Source: Octopus bimaculoides
Lineage: Eukaryota
NCBI RefSeq assembly: GCF_001194135.2
Contig: NC_068986.1
Coordinates: 27,156,590-27,220,589 of the forward strand
Length of the DNA: 64,000 nucleotides
Direction: 5' to 3'
The position numbers were made by a program, and so were the translations under genes. Shown in pieces: positions 26,628 to 39,024 of the stretch (position 1 is the first letter of the stretch; each line of letters opens with the position of its first letter). The notes under the pieces are model-generated. The model ran no database searches. It had not been told where the DNA came from and saw only the letters and a program-made list of their open reading frames with translations.

Positions 26628-26986
26628 TGTTGTTGTTGGCACTCTGTCGGTTATGACATTGACGGTTCCAGTTAATCAGATCGTGAAATTAACATGCAAG
26701 TGGCTGAGCACTCCACAGACACGTGTACCTTTAACGTAGTTCTCAGGGATATTCAGCGTGACACAGTGTGGCAAGGCTGACCCTTTGAATTACAGGCACA
26801 ATAGAAACAGGAAGTAAGAGTGAGAGGAAGTTGTGGTGAAAGAGTACAGCAGGGTTTGCCACCACCCCCTGCCGGAGCCTCGTGGAGCTTTAGGTGTTTT
26901 CACTCAATAAACACTCACAACACCTGGTCTGAGAATCCTATGACCACGAGTCCACTGCCCTAACCACTGGGCCATTGCGCCTCCAC
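26628..26986 (-). mobile_element. tRNA-derived SINE, family D, with 12-bp TSD
   Basis: Minus strand begins GTGGAGGCGCAATGGCCCAGTGGTTAGGGCAG (A-box) and ends in (AAC)n. TSD ATTCACATATAT at 26616-26627 and 26987-26998. Confidence 0.88.
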
Positions 26987-27012
26987 ATTCACATATATGT
27001 ATATATATATAT

Positions 27013-27250
27013 ATGAGAAATAGAGATAAACACAAGTTTTTATAATTATGGTTGTTTGGAGCCCTGCAGTGGGTGTTCCAATTGTGATAGTCATCTGTAA
27101 GTTAATGCAATGAAGTGTTCCTTGATGATCTGACTAGTTGAGCATCAAAATGTACTTGGGACACTTACAGCAGGGCTCCAAACAACCATAAAGATGAAAC
27201 ACACATAGGAACTATAATACAAACTTGGGTTTATCCTTATTTTTCCTACA
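27013..27250. mobile_element. Degenerate foldback/MITE-like element
   Basis: Perfect 22-bp inverted repeat TTATGGTTGTTTGGAGCCCTGC (27046-27067) / GCAGGGCTCCAAACAACCATAA (27170-27191). Further outer complementarity (GATAAACACAAGTTT / AAACTTGGGTTTATC) and a central dyad around ACTAGT at 27133-27138. Confidence 0.6.
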
Positions 27251-27444
27251 TTTGCTCCGTAGCTCATAACTGGTAATACCTCTCAGTATAACAGTTAGTT
27301 AATAGCTATATTGGAAGTAGACGGGATTATGATAATCCATATGGAGCTCTAAACATAACGGTGGCAGTTATAATCTATTTATATACACAATTTCTTTTAT
27401 ACATACACACACACATACACATGTATGTATGTATATAAGTATTA

Positions 27445-27670
27445 ACTCTTTTACTCTTTTACTTGTTTCAGTCATTTGACTGTGGCCATGCTGGAGCACC
27501 GCCTTTTAGTCGAGCAAATCAACCCCAGAACTTATTCTTTGTAAGCCTAGTACTTATTCTATCAGTCTCTTTTGCTGAACCGCTAAGTTACGGGGACGTA
27601 AACACACCAGCATCGGTTGTCAAGCGATGTTGGGTGGACAAACACAGACACACAAACATACACACGCACA

Positions 27671-27708
<38 letters not shown>

Positions 27709-27884
27709 CATACATATATACGACGGGCTTCTTCCAGTTTCTGTCTACCAAATCCACTCACAAGGCTTTGGTCGGCCCGAGGCTATAGTAGAAGACACTT
27801 GCCCAAGGTGCCACGCAATGGGACTGAACCCGGAACCATGTGGTTGGTAAGCAAGCTACTTACCACACAGCCACTCCTATGCCT
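27445..27884 (-). mobile_element. Near full-length tRNA-derived SINE, family A (octopus OR-type-like)
   Basis: Minus strand has A-box-like TGGCTGTGTGG, B-box-like GGTTCAGTCCC, a conserved body (GGCACCTTGGGCAAGTGTCTTCTACTATAGCC...AAAGCCTTGTGAGTGGATTTGGTAGAC), an internal (TA)n/(GT)n and a (GTAAAAGA)n tail. Many CpGs retained. Many diverged copies occur in the window. Confidence 0.85.
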
Positions 27885-28958
27885 ATGTATGTATATATTC
27901 CTTGAGCATTAAGGCAACAAACCTGCCAAATGTGGGTTTGTTTAAGATACTTTCCCCCCATTATTTGAAGAAGTTGTTGTTGTTGTTGTTGTTGGTGTTG
28001 GTGGTGGTGGTAGGGATGTTACTTGTATCAGCAATGTGCATGATGATGGCAGTAGCAAGGAGGAGGAGCTGGAGAAATAATTTGATTTCCAACATCTTTC
28101 AACAGTGAAGCTGATCACCAGGCGGTAGTAAATAATGGGAATTTTCAACCTGTGGAAGTCCATTGTTGAAAACTACACCTGTTGCTGAATAAGAGTTATG
28201 TTCCTCCCACCCATTTTCACCGCCATTACTAAAACAGAGAAAAAGGCTGGAATACAACATTGGACCAACCACATTCACTCACACACACACAATATGTGCG
28301 TGTGTGTGTGTGTTTGTGTACAATTTGTGAAATGCACCGAACTTTTCAAAATTCACAGCTTGTACCTCTAAAACTCTCTCAGGACACCTCCCAAAGTGCA
28401 ATGAGTTTTAAGGCAAAGAAAGGGCAAGGGAGAGAGAGCTGGGATGGGGGTTGGAGGTCCGAAGGTTGCAATACATGGAGTGAATGGCTTAGTGGGAATG
28501 AGCTTGATATTATAGAAAAGAAAAAAGAAAAAAAGAAAATATGAAGGAAAAGAAAACAAAAAAGGTTTAGTAACACCCCATGAAGCTGTTAAATAGATGC
28601 TGTTCGACAGTCTTCAAAGTAATGTTTCACCAGAGTGTATGAACCCAAACTGTCAAACTTCTCTCTCTGTTGTAATTGTAAATATTTATCACTCTATATG
28701 CTTCTCGCTGTTATCTACTGCTCCCCCGCCTTCACTGGTGGTGGAATGGTGGAATGTACGAAACTCTTTTCAAGCATCTGCACTGTCAAATGCATTTACC
28801 TTGAGACCTGATGGAATTTCTCATTTGAGCCGAAGTGCTGAAGGAAATGGTGTTTGAATATGTGATTTATAGAAGTGCTGAGACAATTCAAGTGGCAACA
28901 CAGTAATTTGATATGAATTCTTGGTGGTAGTTTCTTATATTTACTCTTTCTCTTTCTC

Positions 28959-29012
<54 letters not shown>

Positions 29013-29138
29013 TTGTGTTAAATATTTTCCTCTCTCTATCACCCTCCTCCTTTCTGCTATCACACATTCTCTCTCTTTCATATTTTCATTCTCAGTTTCC
29101 GTCTGTTTCATAGTTTCTCTTGTCCTTCTCTTCTGACA

Positions 29139-29173
<35 letters not shown>

Positions 29174-29186
29174 ATCTCTCTCTCTT

Positions 29187-29242
<56 letters not shown>

Positions 29243-29540
29243 AAGCATTTTCTGTATTTCTATCATACCTACCTCTCTCTGCCACTCACACACAACCTGT
29301 ATCATCTCTTTCTGTACTTACCATTCCTTAATGCATACAACTTCTCCCTACTTCTGATTCTCACATTATCTCTCTATCCCCCACTTCCTCCCTCTCACAC
29401 ACATACACAAAGCTGTTTCTCTCTCTTTCACATACAATCTCTTTCTGTTTCTCTCCTCTGACAATCACTATTTCTCATTCATATACAGTTGCTCTCTCTT
29501 TCTCTCTCATTCTTTCACAATTTCTGTGTATCATACTTTC

Positions 29541-29616
29541 TCTCTCTCACATACAATCTCTCTCTCACATACAATCTCTCTCTCACATACAATCTCTCTC
29601 TCACATACAATCTCTC
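29541..29616 (+). repeat. 18-bp minisatellite x4 (ACATACAATCTCTCTCTC) in a CT-rich tract
   Basis: Direct reading; the ORF track shows (SLTYNL)x4. Confidence 0.85.
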
Positions 29617-30180
29617 TGACTCTCTCTCACACATACACTCTCTCTCTCTTACGAACAGTCTCTCTCTCTCTCCCTCTACCTCTTACAAACAATTTCTCTC
29701 CCTCACCCACTCTTACATACACTTTCTCCCCTTCCCCCACCCCCATATTCTCCACCCCCACTCTTCTATTTGTGCTGCTTATATCTATGTACACCTAATA
29801 CAATAATCAGTCAATAAAATGACATAACCTGTATTCACCTGTATATACTGTGTTGTTTGTCCAGTTATGGAAATAATTATTTGCATAGTAGGTGGTTCTT
29901 ACAATGTGTTCTGGTTGCCAACCTGTACACACTGGAATGCTCACATGCATTTACATGAATATCTGCACTCAGTATCTTCTGCATGCACAATAAAACTGAA
30001 CTTTATGCCACGCCATCGCATTATTCATTCCCTTTTGTCACTCATGAAAAATTAATTTTGTTTATGAAGTTTAATTTGTGTGCATGTGCTTGTGTGCTTG
30101 ACTGTATGTGCAGGTTCGTGTGCTTGTGTGCTTACCTGTATGTGCATGCACAAATGGGTGTGAGGGGAAATTGAGAGATC

Positions 30181-30219
<39 letters not shown>

Positions 30220-30222
30220 ATA

Positions 30223-30438
30223 AATACTTCTCTTCTTGCGTATGCATATGTGCACTTGTATGTATATTATGCATTGCATATGTGTTTATATATAAATGTG
30301 TGTGTGTGTGTATATATATATATGTGAGAATACTTCTCTTCTTGTTTATGTGTATGACCACTTGTATGTATATTATGCATTGCATGTGTTTATATATATA
30401 TATAAATGTTTGTGTATGTATGTATGTATATGTATATC

Positions 30439-30470
<32 letters not shown>

Positions 30471-30560
30471 TACATATATATATAAATACATGTGAGAATG
30501 CTTCTCTTCTTGTTCATGCGTATGACCACTTGTATGTGCATTATGCGTATGTGTGTGTAT
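30223..30560 (+). repeat. Three copies of a ~55-bp cassette separated by variable microsatellite spacers
   Basis: (G)AAT(A/G)CTTCTCTTCTTG...CACTTGTATGT...ATTATGC at about 30223, 30326 and 30494. Confidence 0.8.
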
Positions 30561-31311
30561 GTGTATATCTGTATGTATGAATAAAAGACTCTATGTTTGT
30601 ATCTGAGCACACATCTTTCAGTTATATATATATATACATGCACTCACTTTTGTTTGTGTGTCCATGTCTATGTGTGCATCTGTGTGTGTCAGTGTGTCTA
30701 TATGAAGATTCCCTAAAACACATTATCTTTGCAAATAAGATTAACTTCTCCTGTGATATTTCCTGCCTGTATTTGTTTCCCTTCATTTCTCTTTCATCAA
30801 AATAGTTAGTCTTTCATTATATATGGAACTCCTTTATTAATGACATAACAGAATACTTGTCATTTTAGTGCTCATAAATCTTACCTACGGTTATTGTTTT
30901 GCTTTTTTTTGTGCCCCCCCCCCCGCTCCCATTTCCTCGTGTATTGTTGATGCTAATGTTGTTGTTGATGTTAATAATTTTTACTGTAGTTATTATTATT
31001 ATTACGAAATAAAGAAATCAAGAAAACATTATCGTTAGCATTATTCTGATGTTTTGATAAATTTTTTAACTACTTGTTTGTTTGCTTGTGTGTATATATT
31101 TGTGTTTGTTTGTCTCGCGTGTGCTAGAGAGAGAGAGAGAGAAAGTTGTAAATTGGAAATGTGGATATTTAAATTGGATATGTTATACTGAAAAACTGAA
31201 TGCATGCACATATATATGTATATGTGTGTGTGTGTGTTTATATATATATATGTATATATCTGTGGTGCGGATATATATATATTTATGTGCATATATATAT
31301 ATATATATTTA

Positions 31312-31347
<36 letters not shown>

Positions 31348-32669
31348 NNNNNNNNNNNNNNNNNNNNNNNNNNNNNNNNNNNNNNNNNNNNNNNNNNNNN
31401 NNNNNNNNNNNNNNNNNNNNNNNNNNNNNNNNNNNNNNNNNNNNNNNNNNNNNNNNNNNNNNNNNNNNNNNNNTTTCAATGATAATTTACTTTTCGCTGA
31501 TCTACATCTTGAGAGTTTATTGCAAAACATAAGTTGGCGCAGAAACGTTTAGGGGCCCTATATTGGCTTTGCTTATCATTTTAAGAATTGTGCAACTAAA
31601 TATATTAGAGGGTTTGCTAATCTGTTTCTCCTCATTCTCTCCTTACAATTTTCTTTTTCTTTTCTTTCCCTTCCTCGTGACTGCTGCTGATGCTGCTACT
31701 ACTACTAACAACAACAACAGCAACAACTCTGTGCTGTCAAAAATGACTGCCATTTCTATTCAAGCTTCAGTTTGAATTTCCGATTCCTTGGATGAATTTT
31801 TCCCTATAGTTATAAAAAAAACAAACAAACACTAAAAAAAACCTAACTCTCCCCACTTCACCCCTTGATTTTTTTTTTTTTAATATAATCTTTGTTTTAA
31901 ACTTGTACTTTCTTTCCATTGGTGATGTAAAAAATTCACCAATTATTGTGACTATTCTATGATAATATATTGAAATTTTTCCAAAAATTTTCTCTTTGTT
32001 TGTATAGAAATATAAATATCTTATTTAATTAAAGTTGAATTACAAAAAAAAAACCAAACGAAAAAACTCAAAGCAAAAACAAAAAAAAAACAAACTAAAA
32101 GTAAACTTTGCATGGCAGGATTATTTTTCCCTGCTAGACGATACAACATCAGTCTTTGCTGGGACTTTACCCAACAGCATACGGATACACCATGTATACT
32201 ATTATATGAAATCATTTATAAAAGCAATCATGCTCATCATTAATATAAATACTTCAGAATCATTATTACACTGAATGATTTACATTCCTTCTTTGAATTG
32301 GTAAAATGCATGTACCAGTAATGTGCTGAAGTCAAAGCTTTCAACTAAGCTCTTGTCTGTATGTGTATTTGATAGATATATACATGCATAGATGCTTTGT
32401 CTCAGTTGACCATGCGCACATCACTGCTTCCTCCAGAGTGTTACAATTAAAATATCATGCATTGCTCCTGTTTTTCTTCAGCTTTATATTTCACACTGCT
32501 TTTCTTTGTCTGCCTATCTGTCACTCTCACAAACACACTCTCTCTCCTCCTTCTCTTTCTCTCTATTTTGTCTTTCTCACTTTCTTACATATCTCTTAAT
32601 CACTTTTGTGTTCTCCCTGCTTTCCCTCTTACTTATACTTTTGTTTCTGTCTTTCCTGCTACGTATTCT

Positions 32670-32678
32670 TCCAGTCTC

Positions 32679-32710
<32 letters not shown>

Positions 32711-32737
32711 CCTCTCTCCCTCTCTTTCCCTCTCTCC

Positions 32738-32786
<49 letters not shown>

Positions 32787-32845
32787 CTCTCTCTCTCTCT
32801 CCACTCATTTCTATCTCTTTTTCTTTCTTCTGTCCTTGCTTCCCT

Positions 32846-32890
<45 letters not shown>
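32670..32890 (+). repeat. (CT)n polypyrimidine tract
   Basis: Direct reading; similar tracts at about 28950-29245 and 49790-49850. These explain the SL-rich ORFs. Confidence 0.9.
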
Positions 32891-34169
32891 GTTTGCTGTT
32901 GAAAAATAACTCTTCACATTGTAAAGACTTCTGCTATCTACTGAAGTAAACCTTCAGTCAGGATATTAAGGCTGTACTCTTGACATTCTCAGGAACTGCG
33001 TATCTCATTTTGACAGCTAACAATTTTTGAAGCTATATTGTAATAAGTTTTTGATCTATTACATCCTGTAGGGCATTGAAAAATGCCTTTAGGTTTCTCA
33101 CATGATGTCTTCGGTGTTAATTTCAATGTTAAGAACATGATTAAACTTTTCAGATACATTTTATTTTAAATTTAAAATGTATGAAGAAATGGCAATAAAT
33201 AAATGAATAAAGAAACAAACAAACAAAATGCATTGCAATTGAAGAAAAACACAAGCATTTGTTTGTTGACATGAAATTTTTGTTAGAAGTCTTTTAGAAG
33301 ATTATATAGATTACATCTTAAGAAAAATATGATAGAATTTAATAATTTTATTAGCCTTAAGAGAAAATATTCCTAGCCTTGCTTTGAAGCAAAAGTTTGT
33401 ATTGTACAACCCTCCGGGGGAACATGTAGGTGCATGTGACAAAGAGAAAAGGATTGCAATTTCAACTTTGTTGGGTTTCATCAGATTAAGTTTGAAATAT
33501 ACATATTCTCTTGGTTAATACACTGTTATTCAGAAGTCTCTTTTGCATTTACATTGTCATCATTTAATGTCCACTTCCCCATGCTTGCATGAGCCAGACA
33601 TATAGAATTTTTTATTCTGTTGTTTTTGTTTTGATATGTTTTTAATGTCGCCGTTTGCTATTTTGCTGTGGATGCCTTTTGATACTGTTTTACTTATGTT
33701 AGAAACATGTCATTATCAAAGGATGCAAGGATACTTATTCTACCAAAAAAATATTCATGTTCTCATACTAACTTTATATGTCTTTCTTTATTGAATGAGT
33801 CAGTTAACTTTTTGGGATAAAGGGACACAATTAAGCTTACCTGTGCATGAAGACATGCACGTGTGTGTGTGTGGTTGTGTTTGCACACGTTTTGTCTTTG
33901 TATCGACATCAGTTTGACAATGTGTCATTGTTTATGTCTCCCATAAACAAAATGTCTGATAGTGGTGAGAAATATGAATATGTTGGGATAAAGCGCCTTA
34001 GTTGAAAACAAATAAGGTTTGTGTCAGGAAGGGTATCTGGTCATAGAATATTGCCCCCAAAAGAGTACTGTCCCGACAATGCTGGCATGGAAAAAGCAGA
34101 TGTAAAAATGAGGATGACAATAACAGCTCCCCCACCTCCACAAATTGTGTGAGCTTTCTGTCTGTTTTT

Positions 34170-34280
34170 GATTCACAAAGCAATGATCAATCCAAGCCTT
34201 ATGGTAAAAGACTCTGACCCAAAGTGCCATACTTTGCGATCAAACCAAGAACCATTTAAATGAAAACTTCTTAAGCCCAT
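34170..34280 (-). mobile_element. SINE family A fragment
   Basis: CAAAGTGCCATAC...AACCAAGAACCAT...CTTCTTAA is the reverse complement of the family A head. Confidence 0.55.
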
Positions 34281-34794
34281 TGTTTATACTTCGATATTTA
34301 ATTCTTCACTTTGATGTTACATGATTTTATAACTGGCTTAATCCATTATATTATTTCTGCCACATTTCATTGAATATATTTTCTATCTTCTGTCAGGTGT
34401 TATATTTCTCATTTATAATGTATTATTTCGATTAGATTATCACCGGATCTGTAATCCTTTATGTCAGTTCATAGATGCTAAGGATCTTATCCACTAGGCC
34501 ACAGTTCTGTAAGAATGTTAAACCTAGAATGTCAAAAAAGATGTAAGAAGTTTGTTCTTAGCTGAAAGAAACTTTTGTTAGTGTTACTGAAAGAGACAGA
34601 ATATAGAGAGTACATGGCATCAGTGCCTAGAGATGATGTTGCTGTAGTGACAGTAGAAATGGTGAGAGATTACGAGGCAGCTGTATGGTAGAGATAAGGT
34701 GTCAAAGAAAACAAAGGCATCAAAACTGATGAACATTTTAAGACCATACATGTGTGTGTATATCTCTCTCTCTATCTATCTATCTATACATATA

Positions 34795-34918
34795 TGCAGG
34801 AGTGGCTGTATGGTAAGTAGCTTGCATACCAACCTCATGGTTCTGGATTCCGTCCCACTGTGTGGCGCCTTGGGAAAGTGTCTTCTACTATAGCCTCGGG
34901 CTGACCAAAGCCTTGTGA
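34795..34918 (+). mobile_element. SINE family A, 5' part
   Basis: GCAGGAGTGGCTGTATGGTAAGTAGCTTGC...GGCGCCTTGGGAAAGTGTCTTCTACTATAGCCTCGGGCTGACCAAAGCCTTGTGA. Confidence 0.8.
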
Positions 34919-35202
34919 AGTGTTTTTAGTTTTCAAGATATTGTAGATGTTTGAACCAGTACCCCTTACCTTGTTACACAAAATTAACCTTCATCCTACT
35001 TTAACACGTGTACTTGAAAAGTAGCTAAATAAATTTTCAAAAGTCCAGTGAATCTTTTCTATTGAATTTGCATAGGAAACATTATTATATCCCTTTTCCT
35101 TATTAACTAGACATAACATTAAATTGGTTAACAGACTTCCAGTTGTTTGCAGAACAAGAGGCTGTACCCTTATCACTCTGTCCTTTACTACTCCCCCCCC
35201 CT

Positions 35203-35233
<31 letters not shown>

Positions 35234-35910
35234 TTACTTATATGCCTGTATGTGTTACAGTATGACACCAGAAGACCACTCGAGTATATTCCATTCAGGA
35301 TGTCATAATTCCCGCACAAAAAGATGCGAATAATAGTTTATCAAATGTTCACTGTTGTCGTAATCCCTCACCTTAGAAATACAGAAATGTAGTCATTCAA
35401 TAAAAGTAATAATCTATAACTAGAAACAGCATTGATACTGACATTGTAGCTGGGAACTTGATCATTTGTTTATGCGTGTTGGCTTGTATAAATATTCATA
35501 TTGATAATCTGAATTGTGCCATAGAAACAGTTTCACAAAAGGTGGGATGGCCAGTGGTGTGTATGTGTGTGTGTGTGTGTGTGTTTGTGTTTGGTGTACA
35601 GATTAGTTTATCTATCAAAGTTCACATTGACTAGCTCTGCTAATCTTTCAGAGTTCTTATTTTCTATTTATTCATTGTGTGTGTGTGTGTTTGTATAACG
35701 TGTGTAAGTCAATAAGGTTTATCAAGTGTATGTAAAGCAGAGAATGAGGCAAAGGTGGGTGGCAATAAATCAATCACACAGCTGTTCTAGTTTATCGTCA
35801 GTGGAGGCTTGATAGCTTGTAACTTCCCAGATATGAAGATTTAGTTAATAATCAACTTTGCTTATAAAGGTGCAGTTTACTCATCCGATATGATATCATA
35901 TCGCAACTGA

Positions 35911-36002
<92 letters not shown>

Positions 36003-36484
36003 GTATTCAATTTTGATATCATGTGTATGTATATTATATTACATATGTATGGCTCCTTGACATTTTAGTAGCATTTCAGTTGATGAAATACAAAGTCTCT
36101 GACACCCCATTCCTTTGTTTATGATAAGTGAACTGATTACGTGGCATTTTATGGTTTGTTTATTTTAAGGTGGAGGCAGTTTTGTATTAGGAAGCTTTTG
36201 TTATGAGGCCTTGTTCCATTGATTGCCATTGACACTTATTATCGCTTGAAATTTACCACTCAAATTAACTTGTGATCTCTTCTAGTTTGAAAACATATTT
36301 AAAGGAAAAACAGACATACAGGCCATTGGCTAGGACTGAGGATAGTGTTGTGCCATTTGATGTACTAATTGTAGTTCATGATGTTTTGAGATCTAAATCT
36401 ACCTCAGTGTTGTGTGTAGAGAGAATGTATTATCTTAGTAAACACACGTATACCACCACTACAATTACTTATAGGTGCCTTTAA

Positions 36485-36630
36485 TAGTTTCTAATTTAGG
36501 CACAAGGCCAGCAGTTTTGAGGGAAAGGGCTAAGTCAGTGTCATCGGGTCCCAGTACTTGACAGGTGCTTTATTTTATTGGCCCTGAAAGGATGAAAGAC
36601 AAAAACTGACCATGACTAGATTTGGATGCC
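36485..36630 (-). mobile_element. Family B SINE fragment
   Basis: TTTAGGCACAAGGCCAGCAGTTTTGAGGG...CCCAGTACTTGACAGGTGCTTTATTTTATTGGCCCTGAAAGGATGAAAG. Confidence 0.7.
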
Positions 36631-37953
36631 TTTAATGAAGTGTACTCTGCTGCAAGTATTTTGGGCATGCTTCTGGTTTGAGGATAGCTACTAACTACCC
36701 ACTAGTTTGTGTGACCCTGATAGCCTGTCCTTTTGTCTCTGATCCAGATAGAAAATAGTGACAAAAATAAAATGTCTGTATGTGTTTCCGAGGGCATGGA
36801 AACCTCTCTTTTGGCAGTACCATAATAAAATGCATCTAGTACATTTTATATAGGGGGTGGTGATAGGAAGGACATCCAGCCATAGAAATGAAACCAGAAA
36901 TAAAATGTTCAAACAAGACATGGTCCTCTGACCTGTGTATGAAGACAGTGATACCAACTAAGAATTAACTTTACACTGTGATGATCCAACTAAATCATTT
37001 CAGCATTGAAAATAAACTGATGATGATGATGATGGTGATGAGGAGGATGATGATGAGGAGGAGGAGGAGGGAGAGGAAACTTATGATATTGTGTGTGTAG
37101 TCCATATCATGGGAAACGGCTCAATAATACAATATTACTTTGACAGTGTTATGCACACTTATACACATCCAAATGCGTATTGCACATTTGCATGCATGGT
37201 GCACACATACACATATTATACAGTGATAAACATCACATAATCTTACACATCACATATTCAAGTGCACAACCTTGAGATAACTTCAAGAATGCAATGGTTT
37301 AAAAGAATGTATTTGTAGATCTCAGTGCCAGAAATAGTTTCAAATTAGTTTATGGAACTCATTTTGGTTGTAAATATTTTCGATGTGTTGCTGATGGTGG
37401 TAGTGAGGTGGTATATAGGTTCAAATGGATTTAATGTTTTCCTAAGTTAACCAGTTTAGTTCACGTCAAACAAATAAGAATTAAAAAGAAGAAATTTTTC
37501 TGAGAAAATCTGAATATTCCATTTTGAGATTGAATGTCTTTGATCTATTCATACTCTTTTAAAATGAAAGAAAGAAAGAAAGAAAAAATTTCGTGTCCTA
37601 TAGAAAATAATTGTGTGTGAAGTGTTCATGTTAAAATGTTGTTTTCTATAATCTTTTGTGAACATAGGTAGTTTGCATGTGATAAGTTATTGTACACTAT
37701 TGCATTATTTTGTCACATTCAAGTGGATGCCAGTTGAGTTTGTAAATTATGGAATGCAGTGGGGAGAGGAGAGAAAAGTCTTGGTGCAGGTGGGAGTGAA
37801 GGAAGAATTTGAAATAAGACGAAAGAAAATAAATGGCATCCATAGTTTGCTTTTTGTATAAATGATCATGACTTCACCTTAAATAGTTAACTATTTTATG
37901 GTTGAGTGCGTGTGTTTTGTCATGTAGGGTTTTACTACTTTTAGCAGCAGTGT

Positions 37954-38605
37954 AATAAATATACAGTAAATTTATGAAGAGGTGACAGTAGTGGCAGCAG
38001 TGATAGGATATCAGTATCTAAGGTGTTTTTCTGAATGACCAAACCTTAAATTGTTTTAGGTGTTTGTAAGGTTAGGGTTAAAAAGGGTCGGCTGTATTGA
38101 GAAAGGTCATAGCCTACTACATGTCACCAGAAGCTTTGCAATCAGGTTTTTTTTTTTTTNNNNNNNNNNNNNNNNNNNNNNNNNNNNNNNNNNNNNNNNN
38201 NNNNNNNNNNNNNNNNNNNNNNNNNNNNNNNNNNNNNNNNNNNNNNNNNNNNNNNNNNNNNNNNNNNNNNNNNNNNNNNNNNNNNNNNNNNNNNNNNNNN
38301 NNNNNNNNNNNNNNNNNNNNNNNNNNNNNNNNNNNNAGGCTGTTCCGTTGATCGGATCAACTGGAACCCTCGACGTCGTAAGCAACGGAGTGCCAACAAT
38401 AAATATACAGTAAATTTATGAAGAGGTGACAGTAGTGGCAGCAGTGATAGGATATCAGTATCTAAGGTGTTTTTCTGAATGACCAAACCTTAAATTGTTT
38501 TAGGTGTTTGTAAGGTTAGGGTTAAAAAGGGTCGGCTGTATTGAGAAAGGTCATAGCCTACTACATGTCACCAGAAGCTTTGCAATCAGGTTTTTTTTTT
38601 TTTTT
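37954..38605 (+). repeat. Identical ~205-bp direct repeat flanking a gap and a SINE tail
   Basis: 37954-38159 equals 38398-38603 with no mismatch I could see. Confidence 0.9.
38337..38397 (+). mobile_element. 3' end of a young family D SINE, emerging from a gap
   Basis: GGATCAACTGGAACCCTCGACGTCGTAAGCAACGGAGTGCCAAC matches the reverse complement of the 3' end of 26628-26986 and retains its CpGs. Confidence 0.8.
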
Positions 38606-39024
38606 AAATCTCAAGTTAGCATTAATTTAGTTCAATAGCCATCATTAAACATTTCTAATTAATGAATTACTTATTTATTAATTAGGGAAAATTGCTTTCT
38701 TGAGACAATTGCCAGGTACTTCTCTTTATTACTGGAATGATAATCTTTGTCTAGTTTATGACTCTATGATGGATTGATGTTATAAGTATTCCTCCTTGTT
38801 GTATCAATCATTTTATCACACTACCTGGTCTATTGCTCTTGTGATGTTCATCTCAGTCCAGTTTTGTAAACCTAAATAGATGTAAATTCAAGCCTTTAGC
38901 ATTCAGATAATTCTGTCAAATGTAATATCTATTTATTTACATTGTTTTGGATCAATTGTGTATTATCTCATAGCCTAAAAATTTTTATGATGTAATTGTT
39001 TAGTTTTAGACCGACATTGTAGGG

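Noticed and set aside
27463-27912. 149-aa ORF
   Set aside because: Lies antisense within a SINE and includes microsatellite-derived residues.
29526-30560. Repeat-spacer-like patterns suggestive of CRISPR
   Set aside because: Eukaryotic context, diverged repeats, microsatellite spacers and no cas genes.
32457-32949. SL-repeat ORFs of 98-147 aa
   Set aside because: Translation of (CT)n.
38070-38085. TTAGGGTTA telomere-like motif
   Set aside because: Single unit only.
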